Source of the DNA: Bacteriovoracia bacterium
Lineage (GTDB): Bacteria; Bdellovibrionota; UBA1018; CAIPTA01
Length of the DNA stretch: 64,000 nucleotides
Assembly (NCBI GenBank): GCA_050246755.1
Contig: JBFWVL010000001.1
Span: 576,001 to 640,000, forward strand
Direction: 5' to 3'
Part shown: piece after piece, positions 10,338 through 19,123 of the stretch
Layout of the letters: every line of letters begins with the position of its first letter
Numbering within the stretch: the stretch's first letter is position 1
Notes under the pieces: model-generated
What the model was told of the DNA's origin: nothing
Database searches by the model: none
The model's input: the letters and a program-made list of their open reading frames with translations, nothing else
Made by a program: the position numbers and the translations under genes

Positions 10338-10805
10338 ATGAAAAAAATCCTGGTTATCCTCGCTCTCACCCTCGCCCCCTTAGCCCACGCCAACGATACC
10401 AGCTCCGGCTGCGGACTTGGCTACGAAATTGCCCCTAAGCAATCCCTGCTCTCTTCCTTCGCACGCTCCCTCACGAACGCCACCTTCCTCAACACGGTAG
10501 CCATGACGTTCGGTACCTCCGGTTGCGCCAAGCACAGCATCGTGCAGAAAAGCCAAGAAGCTCAATACTTCGCCGAAGCCAACTACCATACCCTGATGAT
10601 GGAAATGGCGATGGGACAAGGCGAGAACCTGGAAAATTTCGCGGCCGTGCTCGGCTGTGACCGTGCTTCCTTCTCCGCCCGCATGCAAAGCCACTATGGC
10701 GATGTATTCTCCGGAAACGTCGCTCCCACCAATATGCTGCAGAACGTGAAAGCCGCCATCGCTACCGACAAAGAGCTGGCCGCCAGCTGCACTCCTCAAG
10801 GTTAG
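10338..10805 (+). CDS. DUF3015-family secreted protein
   Basis: Signal peptide, GCGLG, TFGTSGC, MAMGQGENL; GGAGG RBS. Confidence 0.85.
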   Translation: MKKILVILALTLAPLAHANDTSSGCGLGYEIAPKQSLLSSFARSLTNATFLNTVAMTFGTSGCAKHSIVQKSQEAQYFAEANYHTLMMEMAMGQGENLENFAAVLGCDRASFSARMQSHYGDVFSGNVAPTNMLQNVKAAIATDKELAASCTPQG

Positions 10806-10809
10806 TCTT

Positions 10810-12654
10810 TTGTCTCGGCCGAAGAGGATAGCCTGGATACTTCTCCTCCTGGCGCCTCTCTCGGCCGCTGCTGCTCCCTTCGCCCAATCGCCCGAGTGGC
10901 TCAACCTCCTGCACTTCCGCCCTAGCTTCATCGGCCCCAAGAGCACCGCCGACGGCCGCGATTTTTTTCTTTCTCCCGAAGGCAAAGTTGATCCCGAAAA
11001 AGAATTGGCAGCCACGCTCGCGGCCTTCCGCGCCGGTGCATCCGCTCCCCGCGTGGGCGCCCTCAAGCAAATCCCCCTCTGCGCGTTTCCAGCCCGCCGG
11101 CATTTTCTCGAACGTGCCCTCGGCGAAAAGTTTCCCGGCGTTCCCTGCCCCGAATTCGAGGAGTGGCGGGCCGGTCTTTCCGCCGAGAAGGCCACCTACG
11201 TTTTCTCCAGCGCCTATCCCAACAATCCCGCGGCGATGTTCGGCCATACCCTCCTGCGCCTCGATCGCGCCGCCTCCGCCGCCCGCACCAACCTGCTGAA
11301 CTACGGCGTAGCTTTCTCCGCTAATATTCCCACCGGCATCGATGATTTCCGCTACGGGCTCTATGGCCTGCTCGGTGGCTTTGCCGGCGTGTTCAGCCTC
11401 GCGCCCTACTACACTATGGTGAACGACTACACGAACGCCGAGATCCGCGACCTCTGGGAATATCCCTTGAAGCTGAATCCCGCACAGGTGGCCACGATCG
11501 TGGAGCACCTTTGGGAGCTCTATACTAATACCTACTTCGATTATTATTTCTTCACCGAGAACTGCACCACCCAGCTGCTGGCGCTATTGCAAGTGGCTTT
11601 GCCCGAGATCGATATCTTTCGCGGCCTGCCTATTTATATTCTTCCCATCGATTCCATCCACCAGCTAAAGAAGCTCGGCCTCATCGAAGATCCCCTGCAC
11701 CGCCCTTCCGTGAAGAAAAAATTAACCGCGAGCTACGCCACCCTCTCGAAGGAAGAGAAGAAAGAGTTCGCTACGCTCGTAGCCGGAAAAATTCCGGTGG
11801 CCACCATCACCTCCTCCGCCATTCTCGATACCGCCGCCGCCTACTGGAACTACAAAAAATTTCTGAACAAAAATCTGGTGAACTCGGCGGAGCAGGCTGA
11901 GCTGACGAAAATCCTACTGAGACGAGCTACCCTCGGCAAACAAGAACCGCGTAAGCTGGAGTATTCCACCGATTCCCGCCCTGATCTCGGCCACTATTCC
12001 TCCGCCGCGAACTTCGGCTACGGCTACCGTGAGAAAGAAAATCGCGTGCGCCTCGGCTACCGCATCGGCGTGCACGATCTGCTGGATGGCCAGCTGGGCT
12101 TCGAGCCCAATGCCCAGATCGATATTTTCTCCGGCTCTCTCGCCTACTTGCCCGAGCGAAAAAAAATCCGCTTCGAGGAGCTGCGCCTCTTCGAGGTTAC
12201 TTCGCTCTTCCCTTGGGATAACTACGACCGCAAGCTCTCCTGGAAAATTTCCGCCCGCGCCGAAGAAATCAAAAAAGTTCCCTGCGATAACTGCCACCGC
12301 GGGGTATTCGAAGGCGGAGCCGGCATTTCTTTTTACGGCTTTGGCGCAAAGGATCTTTGGTATTCTCTGCTAACCGCGCGCTCCGCCTACTCTTCTCGCG
12401 TTCAGTGGGATCTTGGTTTGGGCAGCGAATCAGGTCTGTTGTTTCGTTTTAGCCCTCGGCACTCGGCACGCTTCGAGGCGCGCGGCGAATGGGATTTCTT
12501 CCGCTCCTTTGGTCAGAGCTGGTCCTGGAATTTTTCTTTTACCGAGGCCTATACGTTCAATCAGCGCTGGGAGCTGCGGGCGGGTGTTGAGTATATTCCG
12601 CGTACCGTTCTCGATGAAAAATCCGCCTTCGCTAAAGCGATATACTTTTTCTGA
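10810..12654 (+). CDS. DUF4105 (Lnb N-terminal-like) domain protein with probable C-terminal beta-barrel
   Basis: WLNLLHF, CAFPAR, MFGHTLLR, RDLWEY, YYFFTENCT; aromatic C-terminus YFF. Confidence 0.85.
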   Translation: MSRPKRIAWILLLLAPLSAAAAPFAQSPEWLNLLHFRPSFIGPKSTADGRDFFLSPEGKVDPEKELAATLAAFRAGASAPRVGALKQIPLCAFPARRHFLERALGEKFPGVPCPEFEEWRAGLSAEKATYVFSSAYPNNPAAMFGHTLLRLDRAASAARTNLLNYGVAFSANIPTGIDDFRYGLYGLLGGFAGVFSLAPYYTMVNDYTNAEIRDLWEYPLKLNPAQVATIVEHLWELYTNTYFDYYFFTENCTTQLLALLQVALPEIDIFRGLPIYILPIDSIHQLKKLGLIEDPLHRPSVKKKLTASYATLSKEEKKEFATLVAGKIPVATITSSAILDTAAAYWNYKKFLNKNLVNSAEQAELTKILLRRATLGKQEPRKLEYSTDSRPDLGHYSSAANFGYGYREKENRVRLGYRIGVHDLLDGQLGFEPNAQIDIFSGSLAYLPERKKIRFEELRLFEVTSLFPWDNYDRKLSWKISARAEEIKKVPCDNCHRGVFEGGAGISFYGFGAKDLWYSLLTARSAYSSRVQWDLGLGSESGLLFRFSPRHSARFEARGEWDFFRSFGQSWSWNFSFTEAYTFNQRWELRAGVEYIPRTVLDEKSAFAKAIYFF

Positions 12655-12700
12655 CGCACCCAGCACCGCGAAGGGCGATCGTCGGTTTCATTAAGAAATA

Positions 12701-13144
12701 TTAAGGGCTCGGCTTAGTACGAATCTCCACCGAAGAAAGCATGGTCTTCCCCTCTGCGATCTGATCTGGCGATCCCCGCAAACGGTACTGAATCACGATC
12801 ACGTTTTCTTTGATTCGCAGCAAATAGATGGCCCCCTTGGCCGCGGTCCCGGCCCGAAATCCCGGCAACCCGGAAATTTCTACCGCACGCGGGTGCTGGT
12901 CTTTCGCCTCACCCACCACGTACTTCTCGAGAGCTTCCACCGAATCCACTCGGCTCACCCAATCGGATCCCAAGAAAATTTCCGACTGTGCTTTGTCTGT
13001 TACGGGCCCATGCAGGACACTGCTGCGCCCGTTATGCTGCACGCTCCAGCCCTCGGGCCGGTAGATGCCAAAGCCGCCGTCTTCGTTGTAGTACCAAGAA
13101 GCCTGGACCGAGAGTGCCGCGAGCAATACGAAAAGTAGCTTCAT
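12701..13144 (-). CDS. Secreted hypothetical protein (PsbP/DcrB-like)
   Basis: Signal peptide; GFGIYRPEGW pattern. Confidence 0.55.
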   Translation of the reverse strand: MKLLFVLLAALSVQASWYYNEDGGFGIYRPEGWSVQHNGRSSVLHGPVTDKAQSEIFLGSDWVSRVDSVEALEKYVVGEAKDQHPRAVEISGLPGFRAGTAAKGAIYLLRIKENVIVIQYRLRGSPDQIAEGKTMLSSVEIRTKPSP

Positions 13145-13176
13145 GATTCAATGATACGCAGGAAGGAAGAAAATTC

Positions 13177-13770
13177 CTACTGCAGGCGGTACTCGATCGG
13201 CACGCTCACGCGCCAGCCCAGCGCCTTCTTTAGCTCGGCCGGCAGTGGCTTAAATTTTCCCACGGCTTCCACGAGCTGGAGCGCCGCTTTATTGAGTGAA
13301 GAGTGGCTAGAAGGTTTTACAATCCCCGTTTCGGCAATCTGCCCATCGGGACGCACCAGGAAGCCCACTTCCACCAAGCCCTCCTGCCGCAAAGTTTTCG
13401 CGAGCGAAGGGTATTGCTTCCGGGAATCGAGCAGGAGGCGTAGTTCATAGAGATAGCGCTCCTTTGCGGACGCTTCAAGGCCGCTTGCTGCGCCGGCCTC
13501 GACGCCCTCTTTTGCCCCTGCCTCCGTTTCGGTATTTCCCAGGCTATTCCCTCGAACTGAGGTCGCCGGGGCATTTTTTGTGATGGGCAGAGATTTGCGC
13601 GGAGCGATTTCTTGAGCAACCGATAGATGGGCCTGCGATAAAACTTGCACCGATACGCCGAGCGGTTCCGAATGCACCACGGCACGCGGGCAGCCGAATT
13701 GGTATAGCGCAAATAGCGCAAGGTGCAACGTGAAGCTCACCAGGAAAAATCTCTGAATGCGGATGCCCAT
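13177..13770 (-). CDS. tonB: Energy transducer TonB
   Basis: N-terminal TM SxxxH (SFTLH); C-terminal YPSLA..QEGLVEVGF..LNKAAL..VPIEY. Confidence 0.88.
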   Translation of the reverse strand: MGIRIQRFFLVSFTLHLALFALYQFGCPRAVVHSEPLGVSVQVLSQAHLSVAQEIAPRKSLPITKNAPATSVRGNSLGNTETEAGAKEGVEAGAASGLEASAKERYLYELRLLLDSRKQYPSLAKTLRQEGLVEVGFLVRPDGQIAETGIVKPSSHSSLNKAALQLVEAVGKFKPLPAELKKALGWRVSVPIEYRLQ

Positions 13771-13873
13771 CGCCTAGCAAAGTATCATAGCGGTGCAGCA
13801 AAAAATAGTCGGTTGACTTGAATGCCTTCCTTGTTAAAAAGGGATCCTGCCCAAAATAAACCAAGGAAATCCA

Positions 13874-15832
13874 ATGATTCTCTCTCTCCTCCTCGCCCTC
13901 TCCGCCCAGGCCGAAACTCTGCCCGCCGGCTACGATCGCACGGCCCCCGTGGTGGTCCATTCCGACATCGAAAAATCGAGCGTTCCGCTGGTAAACGCGC
14001 CGGGAAATTTCGTGGAGAGAGACGCGGAGTCCATCCGGGAGAAAACTCCGGATAGCCTGAAGGCCGCGGTCGGCGCGGAACCCAATATTTTAATGGTGGG
14101 CAGCCCTCGCGCCACCGCCGAGCTTCCGCAAATCCGCGGGCTGGGCGCCGAGAGAATTCTCATTCTCGACGAGGGCGTGCGCCAGAATTACCAGAGCGGT
14201 CATAACGGCCGGATTTTTTCCGATTTCTCCCTCATGGAACGTATCGAGATCGTAAAGGGCCCGTGGTCTTCGCTTTACGGCAGCGGCGCGATGGGCGGCG
14301 TGATCAGCTTCCGGCGCTCGACCGCGGAAGACCTTGCGCGAAAATACGGCAAAAACACCGGCGGTGAGCTGGCGCTCGAGGGTGGATCCAATGCGGCGGC
14401 CTTCGGGCAGCGCGCGACCGGCTTCACCAAGGCTGGCCCGGTTACGCCACTTATTTCCTACCACCACCTCAAATCGGGGAATATCAAGCTCGGCGACGGC
14501 ACCACGCTGCCGTTCTCCCGCCTTGAAACAAATGATGTTTATTCCTCCGTGGGCCTCCAGCTCAGCGAAAGCCAGCGTCTCCTGATCAAGCTGAACCGCT
14601 TCGAAAGCAAGTCGCGCGAGCCCCTCAACCCCGAGCGCGGCGATACCGCGCTGGCGCTGGTGGGCGACGCCGTTTCCCGCAAGCAAGACGTGGTGGCCGA
14701 CTACCAGCTTCTCCGCGAGCATATCGACGTGCACGCGAAACCTTATTTCCGCAAAACCCAGGTGGCCCGCCGCCGCGTTAGCGATGGGCGCAACGATTTC
14801 CAAACGGTAGAGACCGCCGGCATCGATTCCTGGTTCAACCTACGCAATAAGCTCAGCGATTCCCTCGCCTCGGCCTTCACCGCCGGCGCGGAGTATTTCC
14901 ACGACCGCAACATCGGCCGCCGCGGGAACGCATCCCTCGTAAGCTTCCCCGACGGAACCACCAACCAAATCGGCGTGTACGTACAGCCACAGTTCGTGGT
15001 GAAGGAAAAATGGAAATTCACTCCCGGCGTGCGCGTGGATAAGTTCCATTCCCAATCGGGCGGCAACGCCGACAGCGATGGAAAAAAAGCTTCGTTCAAA
15101 TTTTACACTAGCTACGAGCCGCGCCCGCTCCACCTTTTCTTCGTGGGCTGGGGACAGGCGTTTAACATGCCAAGGCTGCAGGACCTCTACGCCAACGGCT
15201 TGCACTTCCCGGGGGGGGGCCCGGGCGTGCCCAATAACTTTTTCTTCCCTAATCCCTCGCTGCGCCCCGAGCGCGCCAATACCTTCGAGACCGGATTCAA
15301 AATCACCCACAATATCGGCGAGGATTCCGCTCTCTCCACGAATGCCACCGCGTTCCTCACGCAGGCAAAAGATCTCATCAACCGCGACGTGAACATTTCC
15401 GCCGGTACCACCTATTTTGCTAATATCGACCGTTCTCGCCTATACGGCGCCGAGGCTTCGGTATTTTTTCAGCGCTCGGCGTGGGGAAGCGGGCTGACGT
15501 ACGGTAAGGTAAGGAGCCGAAATAAGGTTACGAACCAGCCACTCCAAGATACTCCCGCGGATCACTGGGCCCTGCGCGCCGAAGCCTACGCTACCACTCG
15601 CCTAACCGTGGGCACCGACCTTCGTTATACCCAGGCCCAGCGTAAGGTACCGCTTACGATTCAGCCCACCGGCGCTTACTACGTGCAAGATCTTTTCCTG
15701 AACTATAACCACCGCCCCTGGGCGCTCGGGATATTCGTAGACAACGTGTTCAACCGTTCGTACCGCCGCCATTTCTCGACCAATCTCGAAGAAGGCCGCG
15801 ATATCCGCGGCACGCTCACCTGGGGATTTTAG
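13874..15832 (+). CDS. TonB-dependent heme/hemoglobin-type receptor
   Basis: Plug IRGLG..IEIVKGPWSSLYGSGAMGGVI, plug His (SGHNGR), FRAP/NPNL-like FNMP..HF..NPSLRPE, C-terminal F. Confidence 0.85.
   Translation: MILSLLLALSAQAETLPAGYDRTAPVVVHSDIEKSSVPLVNAPGNFVERDAESIREKTPDSLKAAVGAEPNILMVGSPRATAELPQIRGLGAERILILDEGVRQNYQSGHNGRIFSDFSLMERIEIVKGPWSSLYGSGAMGGVISFRRSTAEDLARKYGKNTGGELALEGGSNAAAFGQRATGFTKAGPVTPLISYHHLKSGNIKLGDGTTLPFSRLETNDVYSSVGLQLSESQRLLIKLNRFESKSREPLNPERGDTALALVGDAVSRKQDVVADYQLLREHIDVHAKPYFRKTQVARRRVSDGRNDFQTVETAGIDSWFNLRNKLSDSLASAFTAGAEYFHDRNIGRRGNASLVSFPDGTTNQIGVYVQPQFVVKEKWKFTPGVRVDKFHSQSGGNADSDGKKASFKFYTSYEPRPLHLFFVGWGQAFNMPRLQDLYANGLHFPGGGPGVPNNFFFPNPSLRPERANTFETGFKITHNIGEDSALSTNATAFLTQAKDLINRDVNISAGTTYFANIDRSRLYGAEASVFFQRSAWGSGLTYGKVRSRNKVTNQPLQDTPADHWALRAEAYATTRLTVGTDLRYTQAQRKVPLTIQPTGAYYVQDLFLNYNHRPWALGIFVDNVFNRSYRRHFSTNLEEGRDIRGTLTWGF
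15211..15219 (+). repeat. G9 homopolymer inside the receptor CDS
   Basis: ttccc GGGGGGGGG cccggg, encoding FPGGGPG. Confidence 0.9.
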
Positions 15833-17205
15833 TGATTGCTGCGAAATGGCCACGGCTATTTCTGGCCCTAGCGGTGGCAGCGGTGGCCGGCTATTTTCTT
15901 TTGGTGAAACCTATCCACGGGATCGCCGACAACGGGGATTTCTGGCGCGTGATGGCACCGGCCGGAATCGAATACCAGGAAGGAAAAATCCCTCCCCGCT
16001 ATCGCTCCCTGGCGCGCGAGTTTTCGCTTTCCACGCCCCACCTCGGCGACAGCACCACGAGCGCCGTCCTTCCCGCCTACCTTGTGGCCAAAGCTTCCTC
16101 TTTTTCTACCGCGTTCGACCTGCGTTCCCTCGGGGCCTTCTACCTGGCGGTCTACGCCTGCGGGCTTGCCGCTCTCACCTTTTCTCTGGGCGGATTTATT
16201 TTTGCGTTAGGAATGGCTTGGCTGAGCCTCGAGCCCACGTTATTCCTGCACTTCAATAGCTTTTTCTCCCAGTCCCTTTCGCTGGCCCTCTGGCCGTGGC
16301 TGCTATGGTCGTTAGTGAAAACGTTCACGACCGGAAGAAGGAAATACTCTCTCATCCTAACCGCAACGGCATTTCTCATAGCCACCAGTAAACTGCAGTT
16401 GGCGCTCGTTCCGCTATTGCTGTTGCTAGCGCTGAGTATACCGCCCAAAAAAAATCTGCGCTTCGCCTCCGCTCTTTTATTGGGCGCCACGGTTTTCAGC
16501 CTGGCCTTCTCTTTTCTGCCCTCTAGTCCCCAGCGCCGCGGCCTCGCCATCATGAACCACTACCACGCCATATTTACCGGAATCGCCCAGGTGGCGAATA
16601 ATCCCGTGGATCCGCTGCTTGCTCTGGGAATATCGGAAAACTACCACTACATGGCCGGAATCGGCATGATGGACCCTCCGGTAAATGGCAGGATTTCGGC
16701 GCAACTAGCCGGGCAGCTGGAGCACCTGAATTTATTTCACCTAGCCGGGCTCTACCTAGGCTCGTCGGGCGCGCTCGCGCATAGCTTGCCGAAATTTCAG
16801 GACGCTCTGGCCCGAACGCCTTTGCAATACCTGGGCAACTACGAAGCAAACCTTCCCGGAAAAACTCTGGACTTCCCTTGGCAATTCTCGAATTTTCGCG
16901 ATCCCATTTTTCGTTTTGCTCCTTGGCTCCCTTGGATTTTTAGTTTCTTGCTCCTCGCGATGGGCGGGCGAATGGTAGGCAAGCAAGAAAAGTTCGAGGC
17001 CTGGCACTGCATAACGCTATTTCTCCTCCTCCATTTTCTTTCGCAGCTCCCCATCGCCGTTTTGGGTAACGGCTTCTATAGCCTCCACCGCCTCCTCATT
17101 CCGGCCCACTTTGCGCTCGATATTCTGCTCTGGCTAACGGTCGACCGGGCAGTATCCCTTCTGCTCCACCAGCGAACGGCCCACCAGTTGGCCTTTCGTC
17201 CATAG
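15832..17205 (+). CDS. Polytopic membrane protein, WsfD-like putative GT-C glycosyltransferase
   Basis: GIADNGDFWRVM after the first TM, many TMs; GTG start overlaps the receptor stop. Confidence 0.6.
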   Translation: MIAAKWPRLFLALAVAAVAGYFLLVKPIHGIADNGDFWRVMAPAGIEYQEGKIPPRYRSLAREFSLSTPHLGDSTTSAVLPAYLVAKASSFSTAFDLRSLGAFYLAVYACGLAALTFSLGGFIFALGMAWLSLEPTLFLHFNSFFSQSLSLALWPWLLWSLVKTFTTGRRKYSLILTATAFLIATSKLQLALVPLLLLLALSIPPKKNLRFASALLLGATVFSLAFSFLPSSPQRRGLAIMNHYHAIFTGIAQVANNPVDPLLALGISENYHYMAGIGMMDPPVNGRISAQLAGQLEHLNLFHLAGLYLGSSGALAHSLPKFQDALARTPLQYLGNYEANLPGKTLDFPWQFSNFRDPIFRFAPWLPWIFSFLLLAMGGRMVGKQEKFEAWHCITLFLLLHFLSQLPIAVLGNGFYSLHRLLIPAHFALDILLWLTVDRAVSLLLHQRTAHQLAFRP

Positions 17206-17360
17206 CCGCTTAATCCGATTATTCCGCCCGGTTTTTCGAAAAACTATCGCGATTCGCTACGCACCATGCTACATAAGATAATCTTTCAGCTACTTTACGA
17301 GATTGCGGGCAGTATTTGCTCATGGCCTCTGAAGCGGCACCAAGCCTCAGGAGGTTTTTT

Positions 17361-17672
17361 ATGGGTAAGAAATTATACGTCGGTAATCTGTCGTACCAAA
17401 TGACGGATTCTGGGCTACAGGATGCGTTTTCCGCTTTCGGAACCGTTGAATCCGCAAAAATAATCATGGACCGCGATTCCGGTCGCAGCAAAGGCTTCGG
17501 CTTTGTGGAGATGGGATCCGACTCTGAAGCACAAGCCGCAATTGAAAAATTGAATGGCCAGGTTTTAGACGGCCGTCCCCTCACCGTTAACGAAGCGAAA
17601 CCTCAAGCTCCCCGCGAAGGCGGCGGACGTGGTTTTGGCGGCGGCAGCGGACGTGGTGGGTCTCGCTATTAA
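17361..17672 (+). CDS. RRM (RNP-1) RNA-binding protein with Gly-rich tail
   Basis: KLYVGNL, GRSKGFGFVEM, LTVNEAKP; AGGAGG RBS before ATG 17361. Confidence 0.95.
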   Translation: MGKKLYVGNLSYQMTDSGLQDAFSAFGTVESAKIIMDRDSGRSKGFGFVEMGSDSEAQAAIEKLNGQVLDGRPLTVNEAKPQAPREGGGRGFGGGSGRGGSRY

Positions 17673-17890
17673 TGTCTAGAGAAGACCTAATCAGCGCCGA
17701 AGGGAAAGTTACCGACATCACTGGCGGTAACTTTCAAATCCTGCTCGATAACGGGCAAACTGTTTCTGCTCGCCTCTCTGGGCGTATGAAGAAATTTAAA
17801 ATTCGGGTGCTCGTGGGCGACCGGGTAACAGTGGGAGTTTCCCCCTACGACCCAACTCACGGCCTCATTACACACCGTCTCCGCGCTTAA
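17672..17890 (+). CDS. infA: Translation initiation factor IF-1 (likely paralog)
   Basis: 72 aa; SGRMKKFKIRVLVGDRVTVGVSPYDPTHGLITHR. Confidence 0.93.
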   Translation: MSREDLISAEGKVTDITGGNFQILLDNGQTVSARLSGRMKKFKIRVLVGDRVTVGVSPYDPTHGLITHRLRA

Positions 17891-17920
17891 GCGCTCCAGA
17901 CGAACTTAGGAAAATTTAGT

Positions 17921-19123
17921 ATGAACTTTAGAGAGCTCGGCTTGGCCGAGAAACTTTGTCTTGCGCTCGAGCATTCGGGCATCACCAATCCTACTCCCGT
18001 GCAGGAGAAGGCTATTCCTTCCGGGCTGGCCGGCCGCGATTTGATCGTGAGCGCCCAAACCGGAACGGGAAAAACCCTCGCCTATTCGTTGCCCATGGTA
18101 ACTCGGCTCGAAGCCGACTCTTCGTCGACCGCGCTGGTACTGGTTCCCACGCGGGAATTGGCCACCCAGGTTCACCAAGTGCTGAGCCCCCTCCTCCGCA
18201 CCATGGGCCTCTCCGCTCCCTGCGTGATCATCGGCGGAGTGGCCATGGGCCCTCAGTTCGCCGCCCTTCGCCGTGATCCCCGTGTGATCATCGCTACCCC
18301 CGGCCGCCTGATCGACCATATCCAGAACGGTAAGCTCCGCCTCGACGGCGTGAAGACGCTGGTGCTCGACGAAGCCGACCGCATGCTCGACATGGGCTTC
18401 CTCCCCCAGGTGCGTAACGTGCTGAAGGTAGTGGGTGCCAATCGCCAAACCATGCTTTTCACCGCCACCCTGCCCTCCGACCTGAAAAAAATGATCCAGG
18501 ATTTGATGAAAAATCCGGAACAGATTTTCGTAGATCCGCCCTCTTCCACCAAGGCCAGCATCGAGCAGAGAATGCTCGAGGTGAACCAGGACCAGAAGAA
18601 CAACGCGCTCCTCGAGGCCGTAGGTGACCAAGTGGAAAGCGTGCTGGTTTTCGCCCGCACTAAGCGCCGCACCGATAAGATTGCCCAGCTCCTTACGCAA
18701 TACGGCGTGCGTAACGACCGCATCCACGGCGATCGCTCCCAGGCCCAGCGCCAGAAGGCGATCGACTCCTTCAAGGCCGGCCGAATTAAAGTGCTCGTAG
18801 CCACGGATATCGCCGCCCGCGGCCTCGACATTCCTCTCGTGGAGCTCGTGGTGAATTTCGATCTGCCGGAAACGAAAGACGATTACGTTCACCGCATCGG
18901 CCGCACCGGCCGCGCGGGCGCCGAAGGAATCGCTCTTTCGTTCGTAGCCAATGATGAGCACGGACAATGGGCCGAGATTAACGGCGCCGCCCGGCGTCCC
19001 GGCCAACCCAAACCCGCTCACCGCAACCGCCCCAGCGGCGGCCGCGGTGGTCCCCCAAAAAAACGTCACTTCGCTCCCTGGGGAAAACGCCCTTCTAGAG
19101 AAGTGGCTCAGTCGAGGGCCTAA
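17921..19123 (+). CDS. DEAD-box RNA helicase (RhlE-like)
   Basis: Q motif, AQTGTGKT, PTRELA, DEAD, motif III as TAT, HRIGRTGR, basic tail. Confidence 0.95.
   Translation: MNFRELGLAEKLCLALEHSGITNPTPVQEKAIPSGLAGRDLIVSAQTGTGKTLAYSLPMVTRLEADSSSTALVLVPTRELATQVHQVLSPLLRTMGLSAPCVIIGGVAMGPQFAALRRDPRVIIATPGRLIDHIQNGKLRLDGVKTLVLDEADRMLDMGFLPQVRNVLKVVGANRQTMLFTATLPSDLKKMIQDLMKNPEQIFVDPPSSTKASIEQRMLEVNQDQKNNALLEAVGDQVESVLVFARTKRRTDKIAQLLTQYGVRNDRIHGDRSQAQRQKAIDSFKAGRIKVLVATDIAARGLDIPLVELVVNFDLPETKDDYVHRIGRTGRAGAEGIALSFVANDEHGQWAEINGAARRPGQPKPAHRNRPSGGRGGPPKKRHFAPWGKRPSREVAQSRA

Noticed and set aside
13771-13873. Fur box between tonB and the receptor
   Set aside because: No recognisable GATAATGATAATCATTATC-like sequence
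17906-19069. 387-aa antisense ORF opposite the DEAD helicase (and similar ones at 362-1246, 5672-6361, 36008-37090)
   Set aside because: Shadow ORFs from GC-rich codon bias opposite well-supported genes; no motifs of their own
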